From: Candidatus Cloacimonadales bacterium
GTDB taxonomy: Bacteria; Cloacimonadota; Cloacimonadia; Cloacimonadales; JAFGVF01
DNA: 64,000 bases
Reading direction: 5' to 3'
NCBI GenBank assembly: GCA_963677815.1
Contig: OY782499.1
Span: 2,789,252 to 2,853,251 of the forward strand
In this document: piece by piece, positions 26,051 to 35,951 of the stretch
Layout: each line of letters starts with the position of its first letter
How positions within the stretch are numbered: position 1 is the first letter of the stretch
Notes under the pieces: generated by a model
The model's database searches: none
What the model saw: the letters and a program-made list of their open reading frames with translations, nothing else
What the model was told of the DNA's origin: nothing
Position numbers and translations under genes: made by a program

Positions 26051-28291
26051 ATGAAGAAGTTCACCATAGCTCTGGCAGGTAACCCTAATAGTGGTAAAAC
26101 AACAGTTTTTAATGCTCTAACAGGGGCAAAACAGACCATAGGCAACTGGCCTGGTGTTACTGTAGAGAAAAAAGTTGGTACATATATTGATGGTGATATA
26201 ACTGTCGATGTTGTAGATATGCCTGGGATTTATTCATTTTCTGCATTCTCTGAAGATGAGAAGGTTTCTCGTGATTATATTCTAAGCAAAGATGCGGATT
26301 TAATAGTTCAAGTATTAGATGCGTCTAATCTTCAAAGAAATTTATATTTAACAGTTCAGCTTATAGAAATGAATGTTCCTATAGTACTTGTCTTAAATAT
26401 GATGGACACCTTAAAGGATAAGAACATGACCTTAGAAGTTGAGCATTTTGCTAAACATTTAGATTGTGTAGTAATACCTACTAATGCTAGTAAGAAAGAG
26501 GGTATAAATAAATTAAAGTCTGTTATTAAAGACCACATAGGTAAAGTAAATCCACCAAAATTTGATATTTCTTATGACTGTATATTAGAAGAAGAAATTA
26601 AGATAATTGAAGATACAATTAAAGATAATGCCCAAAATTCAAAAGTTAATCAACGCTGGTTAGCCTTAAAAATACTTGAAGGTGATCCGATAGCAGAAAG
26701 ATATGTCAGTAAGGATATTTCAAAAATAAAAAATGAAGCAGTCGCAAGAGTTGAAAAACATACAGGTGATCCTATTGATGTTGTAATTGCTGATGGACGA
26801 TATGGCTTCATTCGTGGTTTAGTTAAAGATGTTTTAACTATCAAGACTGTTACCAGAGAATCTGTAACAGACATTATTGATAAAATTGTTATTAACAAAT
26901 ATTTAGGAATACCAATCTTTTTATTAGTCATGATGGGTGTCTTTTATTTAACAATGAATGTTGGTGCTCCTTTCATAGATTTCTTTGATGGTCTTTTCGG
27001 TACAATTTTTGTAGATGGATTCAGAGTAATATTAACAAAACTATCTAGTCCGGAATGGTTAACTACTCTACTAGCTAATGGTATTGGTGGTGGATTACAG
27101 ACATTATCAACTTTCATTCCCCCTATCTTTTTCATTTTTTTATCCTTATCTATATTAGAAGATTCAGGTTATATGGCTAGGGCTGCTTTTATTATGGATA
27201 GGTTTATGAGAACAATTGGTTTACCTGGAAAAGCTTTTATTCCTATGCTTGTTGGTTTTGGTTGTACAGTACCTGCTATCATGGCTACTAGAACCTTAGA
27301 AAACAATCGGGACAGAATGCTAGCTATTCTGATGAATCCCTTTATGTCATGTGGTGCTCGTTTACCAGTATATACCTTACTTATAACCTCCTTCTTCTCC
27401 AAAACTGCTGGCTTAATTATGTTTTCTATTTATTTTAGTGGAATAATTTTAGCAGTTCTCTCTGGCTTTTTATTTAAATCAACAATTTTGAAAGGAGAAG
27501 CAGCTACTTTTGTCATGGAGCTCCCTACCTATCATGTACCTACTTTTAATGGTGTAATGCTCCACACATGGAATAAACTTAAATCTTTTATGATTAAAGC
27601 TGGTAAGGTAATTCTACTGATAGTAATACTTGTTTCTTTCTTGAATTCAATTGGCACTGACGGTTCTTTTGGCAATGATGATTCAACTAATTCAGTGCTA
27701 ACTTGGGTTGGTAAAAAAACAACTCCTATCTTCAAGCCAATGGGACTTACTGATGACAACTGGCCTGCAACAGTAGGACTGTTCACAGGTATTTTCGCTA
27801 AAGAAGCTGTGATTGGCACTATGGATGCTCTTTATTCACAACGTGATCCAAATTGGTCAGCTGAACCTGAGATTGATGAAGATTTCTCTTTTTGGGCTGG
27901 AATAAAAGATTCTTTCTTAGCAATCCCTAGTGGATTTGGTTGGATTGATACTGGAGAAGACGAAGAAGAAAGTTCTGCCCTTGTTGGTTATGTGCAAAAA
28001 GGTTTTAATAATGATAAGTTTGCAGCCTATGCTTATCTCTTATTTATTTTAATCTATGCCCCATGTGTAGCTGCAATAGGTGCTATTTACCGAGAGACTA
28101 ATCTGAATTGGACTATTTTTGCCGTAAGCTATCTCACTATTTTAGCTTGGATAGTAGCAACTTTATTCTATCAAATCACAACTTTTGCTGTGCATCCAGC
28201 TTCTTCAATCATGTGGATTGTTATTAGCCTTGCCATGTTCTTAGTATTTTTCATAAGTTTAAAATATAAAAATAAACCTATCATGCAGTAA
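26051..28291 (+). CDS. feoB: ferrous iron transporter B
   Basis: N-terminal G-domain GNPNSGKTTVFNALTG, DMPG, and a polytopic membrane C-terminus; 746 aa. GGAG lies 7 nt upstream of the ATG. Confidence 0.95.
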   Translation: MKKFTIALAGNPNSGKTTVFNALTGAKQTIGNWPGVTVEKKVGTYIDGDITVDVVDMPGIYSFSAFSEDEKVSRDYILSKDADLIVQVLDASNLQRNLYLTVQLIEMNVPIVLVLNMMDTLKDKNMTLEVEHFAKHLDCVVIPTNASKKEGINKLKSVIKDHIGKVNPPKFDISYDCILEEEIKIIEDTIKDNAQNSKVNQRWLALKILEGDPIAERYVSKDISKIKNEAVARVEKHTGDPIDVVIADGRYGFIRGLVKDVLTIKTVTRESVTDIIDKIVINKYLGIPIFLLVMMGVFYLTMNVGAPFIDFFDGLFGTIFVDGFRVILTKLSSPEWLTTLLANGIGGGLQTLSTFIPPIFFIFLSLSILEDSGYMARAAFIMDRFMRTIGLPGKAFIPMLVGFGCTVPAIMATRTLENNRDRMLAILMNPFMSCGARLPVYTLLITSFFSKTAGLIMFSIYFSGIILAVLSGFLFKSTILKGEAATFVMELPTYHVPTFNGVMLHTWNKLKSFMIKAGKVILLIVILVSFLNSIGTDGSFGNDDSTNSVLTWVGKKTTPIFKPMGLTDDNWPATVGLFTGIFAKEAVIGTMDALYSQRDPNWSAEPEIDEDFSFWAGIKDSFLAIPSGFGWIDTGEDEEESSALVGYVQKGFNNDKFAAYAYLLFILIYAPCVAAIGAIYRETNLNWTIFAVSYLTILAWIVATLFYQITTFAVHPASSIMWIVISLAMFLVFFISLKYKNKPIMQ

Positions 28292-28317
28292 TAGGTCTCC
28301 TAACATCCCAGATAAAA

Positions 28318-28348
28318 AGACCTTCTCAAAAGAGAAGGTCTTTTATTT
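28318..28348 (+). terminator. intrinsic terminator downstream of feoB
   Basis: AGACCTTCTC-aaaa-GAGAAGGTCT followed by TTTTATTT. Confidence 0.85.
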
Positions 28349-28569
28349 CAGGCTGTAAACATACCCTTAAAATATAAAATATGATAAAAAAACTGATTTT
28401 ATATTCAAAAAACGAGAAATTTATAAAGTCGCTATATCTTTATACAAACTCTTCACGGCAATGTATTTAAATACAATTTTGTTCGAATTTGAATAAATCT
28501 ATTAGCGATCTCTTTTGGAAAAAAGAGACCAAAAACTCAGAGAAGTTGACTTTGTCAACACTCTGAGAT

Positions 28570-28604
28570 AAAAAGACCTTCTCAAAAGAGAAGGTCTTTT
28601 ATTT
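28570..28604 (-). terminator. second identical copy of the same hairpin; serves as terminator for era (minus strand) and could also act on the plus strand
   Basis: 39-nt perfect direct repeat of 28310-28348 at 28566-28604. An A5 run precedes it and a T-run follows, so it is bidirectional. Confidence 0.75.
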
Positions 28605-28619
28605 TTGAATTATATTAAT

Positions 28620-29510
28620 TTATTTTCTAAAGCCTAATTCATTTAAAGAAGAATTATTCTTTCTCCAATTCTTTTTTATTTTCACAAAGAGTTCAATAGA
28701 CACTTGTTTACCCACAAATTTCTTTAATTCTCTTTGAGCATCTAGTCTGATTTTCTTAATAGATGCCCCTCCTTTGCCTATAACTATAGGTTTTTGAGAT
28801 GCTCTTTCTATCCAAATTGTAGCTGTAATATCGACTTTATCATCTTCTTCAAGGTAAGAATCAATTAAAGTTGCTGTAGAATAAGGGATTTCATCTTTAA
28901 AGTTTAGAAAGATTTTCTCTCTAATAATTTCTTGTGCAAAGAAACGCATTGGTAAATCTGAGAGATCTTCAGGGTCATAAAGAGGTGGAGAGAAGGGTAA
29001 CATTTCGGCAAAGATATCTAAGAGTTGAGCGGTTTTTTCACCTTTAAGAGCTGAAATTCCTTCAACTCTATCAAAATCAGCTTTTAGAAGTTCCATCTTC
29101 TCCTGAGTTACTTCTGGACTAACTAAGTCAATTTTATTCAAGAGTGCTATTTTAGGACTTCTAATAGATTTTAATTCTTGGAGGAGTTCCTTATCATAAT
29201 CAGTTGGAAAATGATTAGCATCAGTGATAAAGACTATCAAATCAGAATCTTTTAAAGAGTTTTTAATAATTTCTAACATCCTATTATGGAGTTCATAACG
29301 AGGTTTTAAAAAACCCGGAGTATCAACAAAGATAATTTGTTTTTCTTGATCTGAATAAAAACCTTTAAGTGACTGTCTTGTTGTTTGTGGTTTTGATGAA
29401 ATAATCGAAAGTTTAATTCCGATTAAATGATTCATTAAAGTAGATTTACCTACATTTGGTTTTCCAATTATTGCAACAAAGCCACATTTGTATTTATCTA
29501 AATCTATCAT
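28620..29510 (-). CDS. era: GTPase Era
   Basis: GKPNVGKST, DTPG and NKID motifs, with a KH domain (VIGKGGASIKKI). Confidence 0.95.
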   Translation of the reverse strand: MIDLDKYKCGFVAIIGKPNVGKSTLMNHLIGIKLSIISSKPQTTRQSLKGFYSDQEKQIIFVDTPGFLKPRYELHNRMLEIIKNSLKDSDLIVFITDANHFPTDYDKELLQELKSIRSPKIALLNKIDLVSPEVTQEKMELLKADFDRVEGISALKGEKTAQLLDIFAEMLPFSPPLYDPEDLSDLPMRFFAQEIIREKIFLNFKDEIPYSTATLIDSYLEEDDKVDITATIWIERASQKPIVIGKGGASIKKIRLDAQRELKKFVGKQVSIELFVKIKKNWRKNNSSLNELGFRK

Positions 29511-29536
29511 TTTTCCTCTGAAATTTTTAGTGAGTT

Positions 29537-30124
29537 TTAAGAACGATACATCATTTGTATCAAGAGACTTTTCTGCTTAGGAGTTGCGGGAAAAATTCTA
29601 GCTCTCCTCCTATCTTCTTTCAAGTATAGATTATAAAAATATGTTGTATTTTCGATTATATTAAACTGGATATTTGCTTCATATTTCACATTATCCATGA
29701 TTAATTTACCTCTTACAGATACAATTTCAGATTGTCCATCATCAGCAATAAAATAGTCCCAAGTCTGTAATTTATCATCATAACCCAGCACATTATTGAC
29801 CGCTAATGCTATTGTCTTTCTTGAATAATCTATATCAGTATAATTAGTATGGTCCCAAAATGAGTTAGGAAGAATAATCAAGAAAGAGTCTTGGACCTGT
29901 TTAATTTTTACTTCTTTAATATCAACAGAGTCTTGAACAACAACAGAGATATTTCTACTTCCAGCTTGGAAAGGCAAATCAATTAAATTACTAATAATTA
30001 TCATAATCACACTGGCAAATATTAGACATAGAAGAGAAAAGATGATTAAATAAGCTTTAGGAATAAGTCTTTTCTTGTTCTTAGGAGCATTATCAATTAT
30101 ATCTTTCATTTCTATTTTACTCAT
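29537..30124 (-). CDS. hypothetical membrane-anchored protein
   Basis: Single N-terminal TM helix (AYLIIFSLLCLIFASVIMIIISNLI). No recognisable motif. Overlaps the miaB stop by 8 nt. Confidence 0.4.
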   Translation of the reverse strand: MSKIEMKDIIDNAPKNKKRLIPKAYLIIFSLLCLIFASVIMIIISNLIDLPFQAGSRNISVVVQDSVDIKEVKIKQVQDSFLIILPNSFWDHTNYTDIDYSRKTIALAVNNVLGYDDKLQTWDYFIADDGQSEIVSVRGKLIMDNVKYEANIQFNIIENTTYFYNLYLKEDRRRARIFPATPKQKSLLIQMMYRS

Positions 30125-31406
30125 GTCTGACTCCTATCAGGGTTCCGGCTGTAGCATCTGTTATTTTAACTTTAACAAAGTGACCAATAAGGTCTCTACT
30201 TCCAGGGAAAACACAAATCTTAAAATCATCAGTCTTTCCAGAAACTTCTTGATCTGATTTCTTGGAAATATTTTCCACTAAGACTTCAACAACTGATCCA
30301 ATCTGTTTTTGATATTTCTCAAGGGTAATTTGTCTTTGCATTTCAATAAGACGCTGTAATCTCTCAAGCCTTATCTCTTCAGGAACTTGATCAGTAAATT
30401 CAGCAGCTTTAGTACCTCTTCTTGGAGAATATTTATACATGAAAGCATAATCAAACTCTATCTTTTTCATGAGATTATAAGTATCCATGAATTGTTCTTC
30501 TGTTTCTCCAGGGAAACCAGCTATTACATCAGTAGTTATAGCAATATCTGGCATTAACTCTCTAAGTTTTAGAATTCTTCCATAAAAATGTTCAGCAGTA
30601 TAACCGCGATTCATTCTTTTGAGAATATCAGAATTACCACTCTGCATAGCAAAATGAATATTTTTACATACTTTATCCGATTCTTGCATAGCTAGCACTA
30701 GCTCATCTGATAAATCTTTAGGATGTGAAGTAACAAACCTTATTCTTTTTATAGACTCAATTTTATTTATTTCCCTTATCAATTGAGGAAACTTGATACC
30801 TGCAAAATCGTAAGAATTTACATTTTGGCCTAGAAGAGTAACATCAGGATAGCCATTCTCACCAGCTTGCCTAACTTCTGTCAAAATATCTGAGATAGGC
30901 CGAGACCTTTCCCTGCCACGAGTATAAGGAACAATGCAATAGGAACAGAAGTTATTACAACCTCTCATTATAGTCACAAAAGCATTTAGTTTACCTTGTC
31001 TAGTTGGATAAATCTCATTATAGATTTCCTCTTGATTAAAATCTGCTCGGATATTATCATCTTTAGCATCTATTATGTATGGAAGCTCACTATACTGGTC
31101 AACTCCTACAACGAAATCTATGCCATCTTGAATTTCTATAAGCTCATCTTGAAGTCTTTGAGCCATGCAACCAATAACCCCAATTTTAAGTCCTGCTTTG
31201 TTTCTTTTACGAGACTTTTCATTAGCGATTCTACCTAAAACTCTCTCCTCTGCATGCTGTCTCACAGAGCAAGTATTGAAAATTATTACATCTGCTTCAT
31301 CAAGAGTTTCAGCTTCCTGATAACCGTTGTTTCTTAAGATAGTTGTGACTAATTCACTATCAGCTATATTCATTTGACAGCCATAAGTTTCTATATAAAA
31401 TTTCAT
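30117..31406 (-). CDS. miaB: tRNA-2-methylthio-N6-dimethylallyladenosine synthase
   Basis: UPF0004 N-terminus MKFYIETYGCQMN, radical-SAM CNNFCSYC, and a TRAM C-terminus. Confidence 0.9.
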   Translation of the reverse strand: MKFYIETYGCQMNIADSELVTTILRNNGYQEAETLDEADVIIFNTCSVRQHAEERVLGRIANEKSRKRNKAGLKIGVIGCMAQRLQDELIEIQDGIDFVVGVDQYSELPYIIDAKDDNIRADFNQEEIYNEIYPTRQGKLNAFVTIMRGCNNFCSYCIVPYTRGRERSRPISDILTEVRQAGENGYPDVTLLGQNVNSYDFAGIKFPQLIREINKIESIKRIRFVTSHPKDLSDELVLAMQESDKVCKNIHFAMQSGNSDILKRMNRGYTAEHFYGRILKLRELMPDIAITTDVIAGFPGETEEQFMDTYNLMKKIEFDYAFMYKYSPRRGTKAAEFTDQVPEEIRLERLQRLIEMQRQITLEKYQKQIGSVVEVLVENISKKSDQEVSGKTDDFKICVFPGSRDLIGHFVKVKITDATAGTLIGVRHE

Positions 31407-31414
31407 TGATTCCT

Positions 31415-32200
31415 CTATACTCTAATAATTGGAGTTGGTTTATATTGGTCTGCAAGAAAGAGGTTTACTTGAGACTTAATTTCATTTAAATAAGAAGACA
31501 TTTCTTTAAGAGCTAATTCAGGAGTATTATTTTTCTCAGAAAGATGGGCTAAGACTAGATTGTTTAATCTATTATGTATTATCTGACTAACTACAGCTAC
31601 AGCTTGTTTATTTGATAGATGACCTTTTGAGCTCTTAACCCTTTGTTTTAACTCCCAAGGATAAGAACCAGTAAGAAGGATTACTTCATCATGGTTACTT
31701 TCTAAAATAAGAGTAGTAGCTTCTTTGATTTTCTCTAACAATAGTTTAGTAGCAAAACCTAGGTCAGTAGCTATTGCTAATTTTTGTTGTTCATTGTTGA
31801 CTTGTTGGAAGATAAAATTACTTGAATCAATCGCATCATGAGATGAAGCAAAGGAAGTTATATTTATATCCCTAATAGAGAAAGAATCTCCTACATTAAA
31901 AAATACAGGAGCTTGGTTTAATTTACCTATTTTCTTATAACAATACGAATAAGTTTGCTCTGAAAAAAAGATGGGAATATTAAGCTTTCTACTAATAATT
32001 CCTGCCCCATTAACATGGTCACTATGTTCATGAGAAATGATTATGCCATTTAATTTACTTGGTTCAACATCAATTTCTTCCATAGCTGTAAATATCCTCT
32101 TAGCTGACAAGCCTGCATCTAGAAGTAGATAAGTATCATCAGTAAATATAAGATTAGCGTTACCTTTACTACCAGAAGATAATACAGAGGTTCTTAACAT
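31415..32200 (-). CDS. MBL-fold metallo-hydrolase
   Basis: ISHEHSDH motif; 261 aa. Confidence 0.8.
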   Translation of the reverse strand: MLRTSVLSSGSKGNANLIFTDDTYLLLDAGLSAKRIFTAMEEIDVEPSKLNGIIISHEHSDHVNGAGIISRKLNIPIFFSEQTYSYCYKKIGKLNQAPVFFNVGDSFSIRDINITSFASSHDAIDSSNFIFQQVNNEQQKLAIATDLGFATKLLLEKIKEATTLILESNHDEVILLTGSYPWELKQRVKSSKGHLSNKQAVAVVSQIIHNRLNNLVLAHLSEKNNTPELALKEMSSYLNEIKSQVNLFLADQYKPTPIIRV

Positions 32201-32203
32201 CTT

Positions 32204-33145
32204 TTACCCTTTATAGTAGAATTTTTGATTTAATTTATCAAACTCTGACCATTTAGAATTATCGGAGCTAGCTTCTATAATTTGCTTAACTCCTGTTACT
32301 TGAGCATCCATATTATCAGCTAAATGAAGAAGATGAGCTTCTAATGTTTGAGGTAGTCTGACTGAACCTTTTTCATATTCTCCATGATGAGCTAAGACCA
32401 TGTGTCTAAGTTTCATTAATAATTCTTTAGGGAATAAATCCACTTTTGCAGCAGTTTCTGTGATTATTCTATCTACTATCACAAAATGTCCAATCAATCT
32501 TCCTTCATCTGAAAAATCAATACCAATAGCAGAATCATACTCATAAACCTTTCCCAGATCATGTAAAATAGCTCCTGTAATTACTAAATCTCTATCTACA
32601 GGATACATATCACAAGCAAAGGCGCATATTTTTGTCACTGAGAGAGTATGTTCAAGTAAGCCACCAGAATAGTTATGGTGCCAACCCTTAGCTGCTGGTG
32701 AAGTAATGAAGAGATTTAACATCTTTTTATCATCGAAAATTAATTTCAAGAGTTGAGCTAAATATGTATTTTGCACTGAATCAACAAAATCAAAGAATTG
32801 GTCTGTAAGTTCTGTAATATCTCTTTTGGTTGAAGGAACAAGTTCAGCTATGTCATATTCCTTAGCTTCCATATTATTAATATCATTTATTGTAATTTGA
32901 ATATTCTTATTGTATTTTATTACTAAACCTTGAATTTGTATCACATCTCCCACTTGGAACATTTCTGATCTTTCAGGAGCTTTTTTCCATACGTTAGCAA
33001 CAACAAAACCAGTAGAATCGGCTAACTTTAAACGGAGAAAATAATCTCTTGCACCCTGTCTGAGGTCTTTTTCTACAACCATATAATAGCTAGTAATCTC
33101 TTGGTTTATTAAGTTAGCTAAATCATTAACATTTATTCTATTCAT
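32204..33145 (-). CDS. OB-fold + HD-domain 3'-5' exoribonuclease (YhaM-like)
   Basis: N-terminal OB-like segment, then HD motifs (GGLLEHTL, ILHDLGK, AHHGEYE). Confidence 0.65.
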   Translation of the reverse strand: MNRINVNDLANLINQEITSYYMVVEKDLRQGARDYFLRLKLADSTGFVVANVWKKAPERSEMFQVGDVIQIQGLVIKYNKNIQITINDINNMEAKEYDIAELVPSTKRDITELTDQFFDFVDSVQNTYLAQLLKLIFDDKKMLNLFITSPAAKGWHHNYSGGLLEHTLSVTKICAFACDMYPVDRDLVITGAILHDLGKVYEYDSAIGIDFSDEGRLIGHFVIVDRIITETAAKVDLFPKELLMKLRHMVLAHHGEYEKGSVRLPQTLEAHLLHLADNMDAQVTGVKQIIEASSDNSKWSEFDKLNQKFYYKG

Positions 33146-33148
33146 TAT

Positions 33149-35068
33149 CTATTTACTCCTCATTATTAACACTTTTGATAAAGGGCTTTTCTCACCGTTA
33201 TCATACTTTGCTTTTATAAAATAGATTCCACTTGCCATATTTCCAGGTAGTTTGATTTTATTATCTTTTACTTTAACAGACTTAACTTTTTGTCCTCTGA
33301 TATTATAAATATCAATAAGTGAAATATTCTTCTTTGAAGTTGAGATAAAATTTAAGTAATTAGCAGTTGAGACAGGATTAGGGTAAGCCAGTAATTCTGT
33401 AGCACTAGCCACTTCATTATCGTGATTAGAAACAAGAATATTATTCTCCAAAGTATATCTATAAAAACTAATTATTTCATTGGTATCTTGACGATAGATT
33501 ATAGCATTCGCGAATTTTTGACCATTCTCACTAGTATATAAACTATCTACACTATCCGTATCATAAGAGAATTCGAAATAACCTTCTCCATCTTCATTTA
33601 ATCTTTCAAAATCAGCATAAACATCACTAATTTGGCTGACAACGAATTCATCTCCTTCTTCAGAATAATGCTTAGTCTTTTGGGAAATAAACACATCCAT
33701 AGCTAAATTATTAGTAAAGGTTTCAAAAACATATCTTTGTCCATAATTAAAGTATGAATAGTAGATGAGACTAGACCCTTCTTCTTCAAGACCTTCATCA
33801 GAGATATCAAAAACTCTAGGAATATAGTAAATATTGTTAAGAAGGTTTTCCTCTAAAGCTTCTAAGTTAAAACTATTAAAATATTTTGTCCCATTAATTA
33901 ATGTAAGAGGGTTTAAGTTAATTCCTAATGATTGATAATAAGAATTTGCATAATCAGAATAGAAGAGTTGGTCAGAACCATCAATCCCGTAATTATAAAT
34001 CATCCAGTTATCTTGAGCTATCTCTCTCTGATTAGCTAGTAAGCCAATAGTTGAATCATAATTACTTGATAAAAAATTCATGATAATAGCAACATCTGAA
34101 TCTTCTTGAAAATTACATATTTTAATCATATCATTATCCATAGAATAACCATCAACATGGCTAAGGAGATTAGTAGTAATTTTGTATTGAGAGTTTTCGA
34201 TAGGAAGTTCCAAATAAATTGGATTTTCCTCATCGCCTTGAGTATCAGACAAAGGTAGCAAAGTCAAATCGACATAAGTATAATTAGTCTCATAAACCTC
34301 TGGATCTGGATGTTGGATTTCAATTTCTAATTGAGCATTAGCTAAAGTTTCTTCTGAATAATTTCTAATCTTGTAGTTATATTCCCACAGGTTGTCGTGG
34401 CTATACTTCAAACTTGTTTCTTGAAGTTCAACTCTTATTGAATCAGCAACAATGTCATAATCAAGATTCAAATAACCTTGTACAGAATATAGGAGTTCCT
34501 GCTGAACATTAATATCATATAAGCTATTGAAGGCCACTTCGCCATTATCAATAATTTTAAAGAAAGAGTTATGTCCTGAACCAGTAGCTGTAGCCATAAA
34601 ATTATTAGAGAAATTAGTTATGTTATCTACTATAATCCAAAGACCTGGTCCTGTATAAGGACTTGACAAGGTAAATTCATTCCAACCACTTTCACTTATA
34701 CTATAGTTCAAGTAGTTCAATTCTGTTACTTCTTGACCAAACAAAGGATCAAATTCAGAATCTTCATTATAAGAAAAGGCCCTGATGTTCACTGTATTAT
34801 CTGGAATACTAGGAAAATATATTCTTACAGAAGTAATTGTCATAGATTGGACATTGGGTCGAAAATCTTCAGCAACAAATTTTACAGCCCAAGTTTCTGA
34901 ACCGTACCAGTGAGAAATTCCAGTTTCATTCTCATAATAAGCTAAGGAATAATCTCTTTGATTGGTTATTATTTCATTCGTTTGGATTCTTTCAAGAGAG
35001 AACAATAAGGAAAAGTTAAACAAGCTTAAGATAAATAAGCAATTAAATAGTCTTTTTAAGTTCATCAA
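33149..35068 (-). CDS. secreted protein of unknown function with T9SS-type C-terminal sorting domain
   Basis: Signal peptide. C-terminus is AYPNPVS...IDIYNIRGQKV...ASGIYFIKAKY... Confidence 0.6.
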   Translation of the reverse strand: MMNLKRLFNCLFILSLFNFSLLFSLERIQTNEIITNQRDYSLAYYENETGISHWYGSETWAVKFVAEDFRPNVQSMTITSVRIYFPSIPDNTVNIRAFSYNEDSEFDPLFGQEVTELNYLNYSISESGWNEFTLSSPYTGPGLWIIVDNITNFSNNFMATATGSGHNSFFKIIDNGEVAFNSLYDINVQQELLYSVQGYLNLDYDIVADSIRVELQETSLKYSHDNLWEYNYKIRNYSEETLANAQLEIEIQHPDPEVYETNYTYVDLTLLPLSDTQGDEENPIYLELPIENSQYKITTNLLSHVDGYSMDNDMIKICNFQEDSDVAIIMNFLSSNYDSTIGLLANQREIAQDNWMIYNYGIDGSDQLFYSDYANSYYQSLGINLNPLTLINGTKYFNSFNLEALEENLLNNIYYIPRVFDISDEGLEEEGSSLIYYSYFNYGQRYVFETFTNNLAMDVFISQKTKHYSEEGDEFVVSQISDVYADFERLNEDGEGYFEFSYDTDSVDSLYTSENGQKFANAIIYRQDTNEIISFYRYTLENNILVSNHDNEVASATELLAYPNPVSTANYLNFISTSKKNISLIDIYNIRGQKVKSVKVKDNKIKLPGNMASGIYFIKAKYDNGEKSPLSKVLIMRSK

Positions 35069-35951
35069 TCATCCTTCTGGAAACTTCAACATCATGTGCA
35101 ATTGCACCTTTTAATTCTTCAATACTAGAATATTTCATTTCATCACGCAGTTTTTTAATAAAACTAGTCTCAACTTCCTGACCATAAATATCTTTGTTAA
35201 AATCCAAGATATAAGATTCAATTTTCTGGTCAAGAGAATTACTGACCGTTGGATTCTTACCAATATTAGTAATAGAATAGTAACTTCCTTGGTTAGTATG
35301 TGTTTGAGATAAATAAACCCCATCGGGAGGAGTTAATTGAGAAGCTGTTAGAGCTTTTATATTTATTGTTGGAAAACCTAAAGTTCTTCCAAGTCTTTTC
35401 CCTTCAATTACTTTTCCCCAAAAAGAGAATCTTCTTCCCAAATAATCATTAGCTTCATACAAGTGACCTGCTTTTATCAAGTCACGTATTAATGAAGAGC
35501 TTACAAGCTTGTTATTACGATAGTAAGCTGGTTCTTGATAAGTCTCGTAGTTAAACTCATCTTCATGTGCCTTTATGAAATCGTAGTCACCCTGCCTATT
35601 TTTTCCAAATTTAGTATCATAACCTAAAACAATAGCTTTGGGATGAAATTTATCTATCAATTCTGTTTTTAAAAAATCGTAAGGAGACATATCTGCAAAT
35701 TCTTTAGTGAAGTTGAGCAATTCTATATGGTCAAAACCACATTTATGCAGAAGAGAAATTTTCTGACTTGTAGTAGTAAGAAGGTATGGCTGAGCTTTTT
35801 CACTCAATGAAACTTTGGGATGGGTTTGATAAGTAACGATTAAGGGTTGACTATGATATTCTTTAGCGACCTGATGGAGTTTTTCCAATAATTTGCAATG
35901 ACCTAGATGTACACCATCAAAATTTCCCACAGTTAAAACAAGATCTTTCAT
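35043..35951 (-). CDS. ribF: bifunctional riboflavin kinase / FMN adenylyltransferase
   Basis: GNFDGVHLGH N-terminal motif and a GFPTINI riboflavin kinase motif. Confidence 0.9.
   Translation of the reverse strand: MKDLVLTVGNFDGVHLGHCKLLEKLHQVAKEYHSQPLIVTYQTHPKVSLSEKAQPYLLTTTSQKISLLHKCGFDHIELLNFTKEFADMSPYDFLKTELIDKFHPKAIVLGYDTKFGKNRQGDYDFIKAHEDEFNYETYQEPAYYRNNKLVSSSLIRDLIKAGHLYEANDYLGRRFSFWGKVIEGKRLGRTLGFPTINIKALTASQLTPPDGVYLSQTHTNQGSYYSITNIGKNPTVSNSLDQKIESYILDFNKDIYGQEVETSFIKKLRDEMKYSSIEELKGAIAHDVEVSRRMIDELKKTI

Noticed and set aside
26356-27819. Antisense or overlapping small ORFs inside large genes: within feoB here, also 18379-20871 in the C25 gene, 38965-40786 in infB, and 42188-42481 in nusA
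   Set aside because: They are short, low-complexity, lack an RBS, and lie fully inside well-supported conserved genes. This is typical of spurious ORFs in AT-rich DNA.
28381-28470. 29-codon ORF (MIKKLILYSKNEKFIKSLYLYTNSSRQCI) between the duplicated terminators, as a possible small toxin or peptide
   Set aside because: No Shine-Dalgarno sequence, no hydrophobic helix typical of type I toxins, and no conservation evidence available. It is kept only as a note within the duplicated-terminator finding.
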